A DNA stretch of 64,000 nt from Marsupella aquatica (taxonomy: Eukaryota > Plantae > Marchantiophyta), in contig OZ316891.1 in NCBI GenBank assembly GCA_973895155.1, forward strand, positions 3,826,018-3,890,017, written 5' to 3'. This document shows positions 23,765 to 34,355 of the stretch, piece by piece; the first letter of the stretch is position 1, and every line of letters begins with the position of its first letter. Below the pieces are notes generated by a model, which saw only the letters and a list, made by a program, of their open reading frames with translations, was not told where the DNA came from and did not search any database. The position numbers were made by a program, and so were the translations under genes.

Positions 23765-26147
23765 AAGCATTGAATGCCCTGGTTGCCAGGTTAATCATGA
23801 TAATAATCTGTCTGTACTAGGTTTTCTCGATCCAGAGCTTGACATCCGCTCAACACTTCATGAAAAATGAAGTTTGTTATATAGTGGATTGATTTCAGCA
23901 TCCCATCATTGTGTAGAGAGGTGTTCTTGTGACCGACACAGGAGCTTCGGTGTGAGGCTTGAAACTCGGCTTGAAAGCACTAACATTGTGAAAGCGTTAA
24001 TTACATGGTTCGGCATATTACTCCATTTTTCCTGCCCTTGGAATTTATTTGCTAGTTTAGTGTGATCACGTGATTTCAATTGGTCAATTCCGTCAAACTT
24101 GTTGCAGTTCAAGCTCACTATTAGTAACAGTTTTACGATCTTCGGCTAATTCTGTGAATTACTTTTGTATTAAAGGTCCAATTTTAGGACAGAAGTTCTA
24201 TGAGAATTTTCATTCACGCAGTTTCGTCGCCAGTTTGTGTTGAAAACTTCCTACAGTAGCAATGGATGGTGGTTCCTCTAATTCACTCAAATCTTCAAGT
24301 GTCGAATAGGGACGCTTATTATTGTATAGGACTCCATTGCTTTCCAGTGAAAGACCATTTAATCATTCTGTGTTTGATAGTATGTCTGAGCATGGGTGAT
24401 GCGAGGGGTGATGCTGTAACCTAGAGGAGATAAGGTACAATGAAACCGTTCACGTCTATGTTGTATCTGTCAGCAATGTACGTGACAGTAAAGAAATAGA
24501 TGATGAAATACTGTGACCCAGATGCAGAACCTATAGGCATCTATCATTAAGGACTAGTGACAGAAGTTGTTCAATTAGTTGTAAGCTTGCTGACCAATAA
24601 ATGTTGGTCTGATTGCGCTTTTCGTGGACTAAATGCACACATTCCTTCACTCTTACAACTTGAATTCAGGTCAGTTTCTTCCATGTGCGAACCAAATTCA
24701 AATCTGGAAATGTCTCCAATCCTGGTCAGGAATCCAGTCGATTGGTCAAAGAGAGACTTACAAGACTTACATGTATATATGCTTCATGTTGTGGAAAACA
24801 AATAGAGATGCAGGAAACTAACTACCGTAGATATCTCATCAAAATCTCCAATCCTCACAAGATGTTTAGTATGAACCATTGGAACATCAAGATGTGTAAT
24901 GAGCTGGCTAATTGTAAGCCTTCTGATTTCAGGGCCTTGCTATCAAAACCCCATTTCCATAGAGAAATTCTGACACGGAGCATTCATTAATCTTTATTAT
25001 CTCACCCATTAAAATTAGCTAGACACACAAGATCCAAGTTGGGGTCTCACTATTACAAAAAAGGCATATCCCATGTTCTAAATGAAAACTAAAATTTAAG
25101 TAAACATTAAAATTTTAGGCTCTTTTAATGTGAGACTAGACTATTAGACAAAATTTTAATTAAGTACTAGTCTAAATTGATAGGGGTATATAGGGGTAAT
25201 TGTTTTGGTGGAATTTTTTCTTCTTAAGTTGTAGGGTGTATTAATGTTGATGTGGCACGCAATGGAGGCTCTGTATAATCATATCCCCTAGAATGCAAAA
25301 CATGTAAACCAAAAGATCCCAATAACGTCAGTAACTAAGTTAGTTAAACCTATCTGTTTGGGGCATTCTCTCAAAGTGAAAAATCCCTCGCCAGGCCAAA
25401 GGCCTTACAGCTTTGATTTGGGGACAATGCCCTCGAGTGAGGGGAACTACTGTAAGCCTTACACATAGTAGGGATTCTTTCAGAAGAATAGTAATTTAGT
25501 TTGGAGTGTAATCCCTCTCTGACTGATCGCTTTGATTACATAGGCCTACGGATTCTCTGGATGGGCACAAATGAGTACAAACCGCTTTAGTAGAAGAGGG
25601 CATGAGTGATGCCCTTCAGAGCTCGTCCTGAATGAAATCAAACCGTCTTATTTATAGAACTTTATGAGAAATGCCCACCTAATTTACAAGGAAAGTGCTC
25701 CGACTCATTCCAATTAAACTCGAGTTATAATCACTTCAAATCAGACTGTCAATCCTTGGTAGATTCATTGTGCTTAGCTTGTTCTCAGCTTCCTTCCAAT
25801 GCGAAGTATCTCCATGAGTCTTGCATGTGCAGAGTCCTTTGAGTTTCCGGCCTGAATTCAGCACCTAGCATGCCAACATTGACTGAGATTTGTATGCCTC
25901 AACGTCGTTAGGGAGGCCTGATTGCATACGAAGTGGAGAACCAACGGTAAGGGCCAGAATCATTTCCTGCGCTTGAGTTCTGGACTTTACATGGCTGTGT
26001 TAGAAAGAATGATACAATTTCTAACACAGCCATGTAAAGTCTGGATGTGGAAAGGACAAGCAGGTTCGCACAGGCTATGGTGGAACGCTAAGGCGCGAAA
26101 ACTTGTAAGGGGGTCCATGCAAGCCTCCGCTTAGGCATGTATGATAA

Positions 26148-26310
26148 CCGTAGTCAATGTACTAATAATGCAAGGTTTTCAAACCAGTCTTCGTGAGGCG
26201 GTATTGGCTCCTAACCTGTGCACATTTTCCGTAGTCAATGTACTAATAATGAAAGGTTTTCACATCAATCTTCGTGAGGTGGTATGGCTCCTAACCTGTG
26301 CACATTTTCC
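26148..26310. repeat. 81-bp tandem duplication
   Basis: ccgtagtcaatgtactaataatg...ggctcctaacctgtgcacatttt occurs twice. Confidence 0.9.
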
Positions 26311-29016
26311 ACGAGCCGAGTTATTAATTAATGAACCAACGAGTCATAGAGAAACTTCAAAAACTCACAAGTGACAACTTCATCAGCTCCGACACAAGTT
26401 CGGGCTCATGTTTCTTGAATTGGCTATCTTTACCTTGAAATACTATCTGTTACTAACTGTAGATGTGGCTGCCATTTTATTTTAGTTGGAAGCCGGTTTG
26501 AAATCTACATACAGGATGCCGAGGAATTCTCCCAATGAATGGCAGCAGATTCCATTTTTCCAGCTCTGATTGCATCCTGAACGCACCACACCCATCTGAT
26601 CATCAGTTTGTAGCTAGAGTCCCTGCCTGAAAATCCCAAATCCACCTTGTTGAACTGCAGACCACAAGTAGTGGTTGATTGATCGCTTACGATCTCAGGA
26701 TTTGTAAGGACGTCTAGCAAAATGTTTGATGTACGTGCCAAGCAAGGCTGTGCTGCAGTTTTACTTTCTAAAAAAGTCTGCGCTGCGATCGCAAAGCTCC
26801 ATAAAGTAACTTAAAAAATTAGAATAATTATCATACTTTTGATGTTTACCTTCGAATCCCATGATAACGAAAGCACTCCCGATGGACTCCTTTTCGTGGT
26901 TCTGCTTCTGTGGCTTGTCAAAATTCGGAGTCCTGGAGATTGGTACTGTTGCGTCCAATTGATCGACCTACACAGTAATGACATTAAAGTGAGTCAAGGA
27001 CCAAGTAGCAACTCTCTCCGTTCTCACATTTCTGCTATGCACTCGAATCGTGAGAATAATTTTGATGAATCTCTTTGAGTACGATTTTGGTAGACATGAC
27101 TTCACACACTAACAGGGAAATATCAAAACGGAGCGGGAAACGGAGTCGACTTCGCAAGCAACAGAAATTGAAATTTATTCCTCGGGAATTGGAGTTTGGG
27201 TGGGTGGGCAGCAGATTATTAAATGATTTACAATTAGTTTCAATTCCATGACTCGGAAAAACAACAAGAAGAAACTCATATAGGAGACTAGTTTCTGGTC
27301 ATTTTGATAACTGCAAATCGAAGAGCTTTGAAGCTATCAGCACCAAAGCTTTTGAAGCTATCAGCACCAGGCCGAGGACAAATCTTACACGAATATATGC
27401 AGCGTCCACTTACCAGGGATTGACTTCGTAAGCTTCTGTAGCGAGTGCTTTACATCTCATGATGAGAAGCCACTGACTGCAAGTGCAGTACCTGCAGAGA
27501 AAATTTATAAAAACGCCATTGGTGAATGATATAGTCAATCCATTTGAGGGGGCAGGGCATATTCCTCTGGTTGAATGCTTCATATATTTCAACAAATATA
27601 CTATCATTAAGTTCCTGAAATTTTGATTCTTAATTGTGTGCGTGAATCTGAACAAAACATCTTGACAAACTCCAGAAATATCGGCCATATCGATCCTGCA
27701 ACTCCGGATGGCAGCATGTAGGGATAATGCAGAAGTGAATTCAAAATACAAAGTGTATTGACCTCTATACTCTATGGTCTAGAACAGGCACATGTTCTTT
27801 GAGGTCGATGTCGAGGATGCAGCAGGCTCAACGCCTTGTGCCATTTCAGCTTGTAGTCTTGCTGAATCTTTCCTCATCTGTTCGATCGGTGGTAACCATG
27901 GCCAATATTACTTCAACTTCCACCATTGCTTCGTTTTACTCGATGTCTTCACATGCTTGTACCACCTTAGGGGGCGTATACCGATATTCCAGAATTCCCA
28001 TACAATCTCTCGAATGCAGCCTCGAACTGAACCTCGAAGCCTCAGATTGGACCTCTTCAATGTCCAATCCAGAAACCCAGCACTATTCGAACGAGAAATC
28101 AAAATATGTGGCGGTTACAGTCGATCACTCCAGTACTGTATGGACAATGGAATTGGTTTGTGAAGCGCTGTAGTGAATTTTTAAAAGTACTACACGAATT
28201 GACCTTGAAACGGCTCTCCAATTTCCTCTTAGCCTTAACCTGTGGCACACAATTTACCGTTATGCAGTTAACTGAAGCATTGACATGCTGCGACTATTAC
28301 TCTTATCGAACGTTAGATGATGCGAGAGCTTTGGACCTTTATAAATTCTGATGTTGAAATAAAGAATTTTTCATAGAAAGGAGGTCATTCAGGGATCGAG
28401 CTATTCGGAATTATTTACTCATTAGCGGAACAAGAATCTGTATGATTCGCTAAAGTACAATTTAAACTAGCTGTGAATCCATCATGGACTCTCGGATAAA
28501 GGTCTGGGATCAATAGCCGCATACGAAATCCTAACTAAATCTGATAAAGTCTACCAAAACTCGAAAAGTATGCGCGAGCAAGCTAGGTCGAAAACTAAGG
28601 TAAAGGGAAGCTGGATCGTTCTACAGCAGAGGAGTGTAATAGCAATCAGTGGTTCCAATGAACTGAGCTCTGACCTGGCGATCAGTGCACAAGCATAGAG
28701 AACCTAAGAGGTTATGACGTCTAAAGTCTGTAGAGCAAACCACCTGCCTTTGGCTATCTTCCATTTTCCGTGAATTGGTTAGCGGAGAGTCTCCTATTTT
28801 GTGCAGGAAATGGGCTGTTTGTGAGGGAAAAGTGTGCTCCCTTCTTAGAAATAGTGGGGAAAGTGAGTGCCTTAATCCCCTAGTTCAGAAATGTATCCCT
28901 CCGTCATGGTCATGGTTTCTATTTAGGAGTGTGCATGATCTCCCTGAAAAGAGATCTCATAGCTCGTCTTGTGTGTGCGGTCAAACTTTGGAAATGACGC
29001 AAATGCTTACTCGGTG

Positions 29017-32000
29017 CTAATGCTTGGTTGGACTTCTCAACCCATAAGCTGCGGACTTTTGTCGACTCCTAGATTCAAGAACCTCGAGCTCCTGGAGCAT
29101 TACATATACTATGCTTAGTAAGGACTTTTTCCCATCCGCCCGAGGCTTGAAGAGTTCAAAACGATGTGCCGTATGACTCTGCACGTTAGCCAGGTGACTT
29201 GGGAACTCTTGTGGGTTTTGAGCTACGTTTGGCTTCATGATCCTGTCAGCCTCGGTGAGCCCTTGTGCTGTGATTAAAGCCTTTGGGTTATGTTGTGGCA
29301 TGGCGTTTAGTACAGGTGTGGGATTCCCTGAACTCTTATTCAACCTTTCAACTTGAGATTGTAGCATTTGCTCTATCGTTTGAAACTGGTTAGTAGATTG
29401 GTAGTTGACACCCATACCTTCAGCCTGTTCTGAAGAATTTTCGTCTTGCTCTCCCTCCTCGTCTGCCTCTTCAATCTGCTGTAAATCGTCGGATTCACCT
29501 TCCTCGACTCCAGCTTCTCCACCGTCTTCGTCAGACTCCTGAGCATTACTCTCGGAGTCCTGTTGTGATTCATCGTCATTTTCCACAGGTACCTGGCTTT
29601 GTCTCCGGCCCATCGAAGCTCTCCTGCTCATTCTTCTGCCACCCATGGTCGATCTTCTCGACGACCGTCGGCTTTCGAAAGAATTCATTGGTACTTGGAT
29701 TGAATAGCCAGGCACCAATGGTCCAGGCATTTGAGCAAAAGAACCCAATTGTCCAGCAAACGGACTAAAATTATCTTGTTGTCCTGGAATTTGACTAAAA
29801 CTGCCCTGTTGTCCAGGAATCATGCTAAAACTCCCAGGTTGTCCAGAAATCTGACTAAAACTCCCAGGCTGTCCAGGAAACTGACTGAAACTCCCAGGTT
29901 GTCCAGAAATCTGACTAAAACTCCCAGGTTGTCCAGAAATCTGATTAAAATTCCCAGTTTGTCCAGAAATCTGATTAAAATTCCCAGGCAGTCCAGGAAT
30001 CTGACCATAACCAGGTGCCTGAGCAGAAGTTTCGTCGGCCCGTACTGGCATTGAATTCAGTAGTTGAGTGACCGAATTCATGCTGTTCAACAGCTGAGTT
30101 ATGGAGGCCATGCGATCTTCATAGGACATGCCGACAGGTTGAGGTGGCGGAACTGACTTCCTACGAGACTGCCTCCCCCGTAAACTGCTTGATGCGGATG
30201 CATCGAAACAGCCAGATTCTGGACTCCGCGAGCTTACGCTGACAGACCATCCATCTCGAGATCCATCTGCACTCCCTGAAGACGAAGATGGCGGTCTGTT
30301 TCGGGACCTGCGACTCTTCGACCTGCTTTGCGATCGGATCTTGCAGCACAACTCTGCCTGAGTCTTGTCCAGAATCTCCAGCGCATTCCTTGCGTCGGTC
30401 GCTACCTTTTCTGCATAGCACTCCTGTGGACTCAACGACACACGTGATGGAAACCGGGAACTTGACCTCAACGGTTCTTCAGAGCTTTCACTCAAGGACG
30501 ACGACTCTCCCTCTTTAGCACAACGTGCGTTCATTTCCTCTTGTACAGCATCTTGCACAGCCTTTTGGATGCGCAGTTGTTGCTGCACAGCCTGTTCCAC
30601 AAAACTTCGAATGCTCGAGTTCGTCGCGCCCTTTCTGCACCGAGGAGAAGTGCTTCTCCCACTCCCAGTCGTTCTGGCAGCAGATGTATTGAAACTCACC
30701 ATAGATGCCTTACTTGAACCATAAGCATTTGAATCAGTCCGCTCATTGAAGACAGTTTTATCCCGGTAACCTGTAGGGTTCACCGAATCCAAATACCCTT
30801 CGAGCGAGTCTCGAGGTAAACTTTTCCAAGATTTAAGTGTTCTTTCATTGACTGACATACTTTCCATCTGTCGATGTAACGAGCCATCATTTTTAGGATC
30901 AGGTTTCCTCTGAAAAGGTTCTGTAAAGCTTGATGACCTTATCGAAAGACGTTTCCGTTTGCATCCCGTCCGGGGGTCCAGAGAACGTATATCATCACTA
31001 GGGTCTAGAGAAACGGACGAACTTCTCAATGGAGGTTCCAGTGGATCGAAAGTCTCACAATCGTGCTCTGAACATGAGTCGAAAGAAACTGAGCTACATT
31101 GAGCCTCCTCCTCTTCCACCTGCTGCTGCTTGAGCTGTTCAAGTTGCTGCTTCTGGTTCTGGAGTTGCTGCTGTTGCATCAGGAGCTGCTGCTGTTGTTG
31201 CTGCTGTTGGAATTGTTGCTGCTGTTGCTGGAATTGGTGCTGCTGTTGGAGTTGTTGTTGCTGTTGGAGTTGTTGTTGCTGCTTCTGGAGCTCCTGCTGC
31301 TGCTCCTCCAGCATCTTCATTTTTTGCTGCTGTTCATCCATCATCTTCATTTGCTGCTGCAGTTCTTCCTGCATCTCCATTTGCTCCTGCTCCTGCTGCT
31401 GAAGCAACTCATTTTCCAAAGGACAGCGGTCCACATTAATCACAGCAGCCAGACCTCGGGGAGCACACTTTTGAATTTGGAACTCTATGTCCGGCGGCAT
31501 TCTGGGACCAAGCACAGTCGCTAGACCCTGAGGTACAGCTTTTCTACATCTGTGATTAACCTTGAAGTTCTCCAGATTTGAAGGATTGTACAAGTTTGGA
31601 GTAGGGTTCAGAACCCTGAGCCTCTCCAAGGATCGATTCTTTGATACACACATCCTACCTTGCAGTCCCTCGTTTACTAGTGGACCTATCTGACTGGAGC
31701 AACCTTCAGAAGGTCCCATCTGCTGACCCCTCTGAAGTGCTGTTCGAATGCTTGTGGCAGCATCCAATGCATTGAAGTAACGATTTTGAGTCGGATAGAA
31801 CTGTTGACCCGGACAATTAATAAACCCCTCGCAGTTCCCCAGGTCAGCACATGGCTCACAAACAATTCGTTGAGTGTCATGGCAACAACTCTCAGGTCTA
31901 GCTTTTAGTGGTGAACTCTCACAACTCCTGTGTGCTCCAAGATCCAGCCTCGGCTCACAATGTTCGGAGCATGATTGTATAAGATTTCGGGAGCTGTAGC

Positions 32001-32331
32001 TCCGGTTGAGCCCATGTTTTTGTCTCCTCATTGCTATGAGGCGATCTGGGAAGACTGTGGCGGCAAATTTGAAGGCGGTATTATCTTGACTGCCATCGCT
32101 GCCACCAACTGCTACTCCACCATATTGGCACTTTGAAGAATTTGTAGGTAGAATGGTGGCCCTGTCAAAGGAACGAGAGCAAGTCAGACCCCTTTCACAC
32201 AGTGCATTGAACCCTGGATCTGCAAAACATGCCTCGAAACGGATGGCCTCATGGTTGTCACTCATCTGAGTTCTAACATCAGATGCTATTTCTGCAGGTT
32301 TGTACTTCGTTAATATGTGCCTTCGCACCAT
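29017..32331 (-). CDS. Uncharacterised ~1104-aa low-complexity protein (polyQ, Ser/Arg-rich, GSFSQISGQP repeats, acidic tract)
   Basis: 3.3-kb stop-free ORF. The ATG at 32331 sits just after a branch-point/acceptor-like CTGAC...AATAG (AG at 32335-32334), so an upstream exon is possible. No domain recognised. Confidence 0.8.
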   Translation of the reverse strand: MVRRHILTKYKPAEIASDVRTQMSDNHEAIRFEACFADPGFNALCERGLTCSRSFDRATILPTNSSKCQYGGVAVGGSDGSQDNTAFKFAATVFPDRLIAMRRQKHGLNRSYSSRNLIQSCSEHCEPRLDLGAHRSCESSPLKARPESCCHDTQRIVCEPCADLGNCEGFINCPGQQFYPTQNRYFNALDAATSIRTALQRGQQMGPSEGCSSQIGPLVNEGLQGRMCVSKNRSLERLRVLNPTPNLYNPSNLENFKVNHRCRKAVPQGLATVLGPRMPPDIEFQIQKCAPRGLAAVINVDRCPLENELLQQQEQEQMEMQEELQQQMKMMDEQQQKMKMLEEQQQELQKQQQQLQQQQQLQQQHQFQQQQQQFQQQQQQQQLLMQQQQLQNQKQQLEQLKQQQVEEEEAQCSSVSFDSCSEHDCETFDPLEPPLRSSSVSLDPSDDIRSLDPRTGCKRKRLSIRSSSFTEPFQRKPDPKNDGSLHRQMESMSVNERTLKSWKSLPRDSLEGYLDSVNPTGYRDKTVFNERTDSNAYGSSKASMVSFNTSAARTTGSGRSTSPRCRKGATNSSIRSFVEQAVQQQLRIQKAVQDAVQEEMNARCAKEGESSSLSESSEEPLRSSSRFPSRVSLSPQECYAEKVATDARNALEILDKTQAELCCKIRSQSRSKSRRSRNRPPSSSSGSADGSRDGWSVSVSSRSPESGCFDASASSSLRGRQSRRKSVPPPQPVGMSYEDRMASITQLLNSMNSVTQLLNSMPVRADETSAQAPGYGQIPGLPGNFNQISGQTGNFNQISGQPGSFSQISGQPGSFSQFPGQPGSFSQISGQPGSFSMIPGQQGSFSQIPGQQDNFSPFAGQLGSFAQMPGPLVPGYSIQVPMNSFESRRSSRRSTMGGRRMSRRASMGRRQSQVPVENDDESQQDSESNAQESDEDGGEAGVEEGESDDLQQIEEADEEGEQDENSSEQAEGMGVNYQSTNQFQTIEQMLQSQVERLNKSSGNPTPVLNAMPQHNPKALITAQGLTEADRIMKPNVAQNPQEFPSHLANVQSHTAHRFELFKPRADGKKSLLSIVYVMLQELEVLESRSRQKSAAYGLRSPTKH
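29716..30013 (-). repeat. 30-bp coding tandem repeat x~10 (G[S/N]F[S/N]Q[I/F/M][S/P]GQ[P/Q/T])
   Basis: gtccagaaatctgactaaaactcccagg(t/c)t units at 30-bp period. Confidence 0.92.
31121..31400 (-). repeat. CAG/CAA polyglutamine-rich tract
   Basis: (tgc/tgt)n on the plus strand, encoding a Q/E-rich stretch in the 1104-aa ORF. Confidence 0.92.
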
Positions 32332-33019
32332 GTCTATTGTCAATGTCAGTGAAAGGGTTTTCTATTATGACCGTTGTCGCTGCGTGACTCAATATGGCGT
32401 CCACACTTTTGTGGGGAGCAAAGAGGTCATTGTGCGTTGCTCTTTACAGATAAATGGATGTTGTGTGTAGACAATTAATGTGCAATCTGATCACTGGATG
32501 CAAAATGCCGGGCAACGTGCTGATGTCGTACCGAGCTCATGCAGAAGCAACCAAAAACTCGCTCATGACCATCAAACCTAGTGCGATGTAGGGCGTACAC
32601 TCCTTTCGATGGACTTTTTGGGACCGGACCAGATGATTGTAGTGGCGGTCTCGGAGAGAACAAGCATTCAGCAGATCGCAGCCTGATCACCATAGCCAGG
32701 GTACTTAAGCAAAAATCTTGCAGCATTAGAAGGGTGCAGATCTTGTCTATTGTCCAAAATCCGTGCATTTGTGGGGGTCGTATGCTGCTGTATTTCTCTT
32801 TCTCTAATCTTATAATTAACGCAATGGCGCACTCTTGATTCAATTTCTGCATTGTGATTTCGCATAGCTCGAGAAGCAAGCAATTGTCAAATCAGTTATT
32901 CACTGATGTAAAACTGGATGGTCTCAACACTGACAGCACGAATAGTCATGGCCTTCATCCTTTCGGATTCCCAAGCGTATGTGAATACGAAGCCGTTGGT
33001 CATGCGCATCCTTCTGGAA

Positions 33020-33112
33020 TGCTATCTTGCCGAATCAATTTCGTACTTATTAAATTTTTGTCTGGTGCTATCTTGCCGAATCAGTGTCGTACTTATTAAA
33101 TGTTTCTCTGGT
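33020..33112. repeat. 46-bp tandem duplication upstream of the polyQ gene
   Basis: tgctatcttgccgaatca...tcgtacttattaaat occurs twice. Confidence 0.8.
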
Positions 33113-33965
33113 GTGGAATCTACACCCCTACTACCTTGCATCTTTTCTCTGGGCCTTAATCTGGGCCTTAGGAGTGTCCGAGGACCTATGGTACCCATCA
33201 AGCTGCAGCCTGTCTCCAGGCACTTTGCACCAACATCTCTCATTGGCTAATTAAAGGATTTGAGGGGATGACGAAGCTCAAAATGACGGAACTGCACAGC
33301 CCAATGCCAAGAGCTGAAATTTATTCAATTGTGTCCCATTTCCTAGTTTGTCTCTTGTAAGGCCATGCAAAATTATTTCGACCTGGGTTTGGCTACCACG
33401 AATTAAATTGATGGTTTTTTGGACACAGGTTTGGTGGATGTTTGGATATTAAGCTTTGTTGATATCATGGTCTTTGAACCAGGGTCTGATACTTTGATGA
33501 GAATGTGCAGTACCTTGATGACAATATTAGTCAATCTAGATATGGCAAACATGGCAACCTGGCTACTAACCATGTGTCTACTACCAGATCCTAAACCCTA
33601 ACCATAACTAATGATGAAAAAAGTGATTGCATACATGATTAGCACTCAGCTCACGATCGAACGCATACCTGAGGAATGAATTTGAGAGATGGAACCACCA
33701 CAGGTGCAGATTGATTGATTCCTAAGGTCAACTTGATAAAGTTTCCCCAATCTTGCTTCCTTTAAGGCAAATAAATTTGTTGTCTATTAGGTTTCATGAA
33801 GCGAGGCCAACCTGTTTTGCACCCTCCCATGATGTTCTGCCAAATTAGAGGGTGAAACATTGGAACTACTAATTGTGTTGTTGATCTCGAATCCGTCAAG
33901 CGAAGCCTGTCAAATTTGAGGTACTAAGTCCCTCCAAGTAGATAGTCGCGTCCTTTCAAGTGCAA

Positions 33966-34355
33966 ATCTCAAAGATACCTTTTCAATACTGAAACTGGTT
34001 AGAAGAAAGTCCCCTCTTTAAGTAACCTCAAATGTGAATTTGCACGGATTTTGGTGCACAACCCGACTACTCCACTATTGATATATGTTGTATTGATCCT
34101 GGTACCATTTAGTTGTTGACTTCTTTCTTGGGGGTTGTGCAACACCAAACCTTGGTCTTGAGCACAAATTAGATTTCACATTAGAGCAAATTAAGTAGTT
34201 TCTCAATATGGCAATTGTGAAACACAAGCACATCCCCAAGTGATATTACCATCTCTTTGGATGTCCACAAATGGGAGATTTTGCTCAAAGAACACAGGCT
34301 GGAGTGAAGGGATATGACCTCTAAGTCATCTTGGGAGAGTCACTGGTGATTACTA
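33966..34355. repeat. Old dispersed repeat shared with ~11221-11620
   Basis: tcaaagataccttttcaatact(g/a)aaactg, taagtaacc, gttgtgcaac and ca(c/t)tggtgatt(a/g)cta blocks are collinear in both places. Confidence 0.55.

Noticed and set aside
25272-26385. Possible solo LTR (minus-strand TATA-like CTATAAATA near 25650, internal 81-bp duplication)
   Set aside because: No convincing TG...CA boundaries with a 5-bp TSD could be found.
26505-26958. Two adjacent minus-strand ORFs that look protein-like
   Set aside because: They are out of frame with each other, no family is recognisable, and I could not build a credible splice model.
31099-31524. Poly-Leu and Cys-rich (metallothionein-like) plus-strand ORFs
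   Set aside because: They are antisense shadows of the CAG/CAA polyQ tract.
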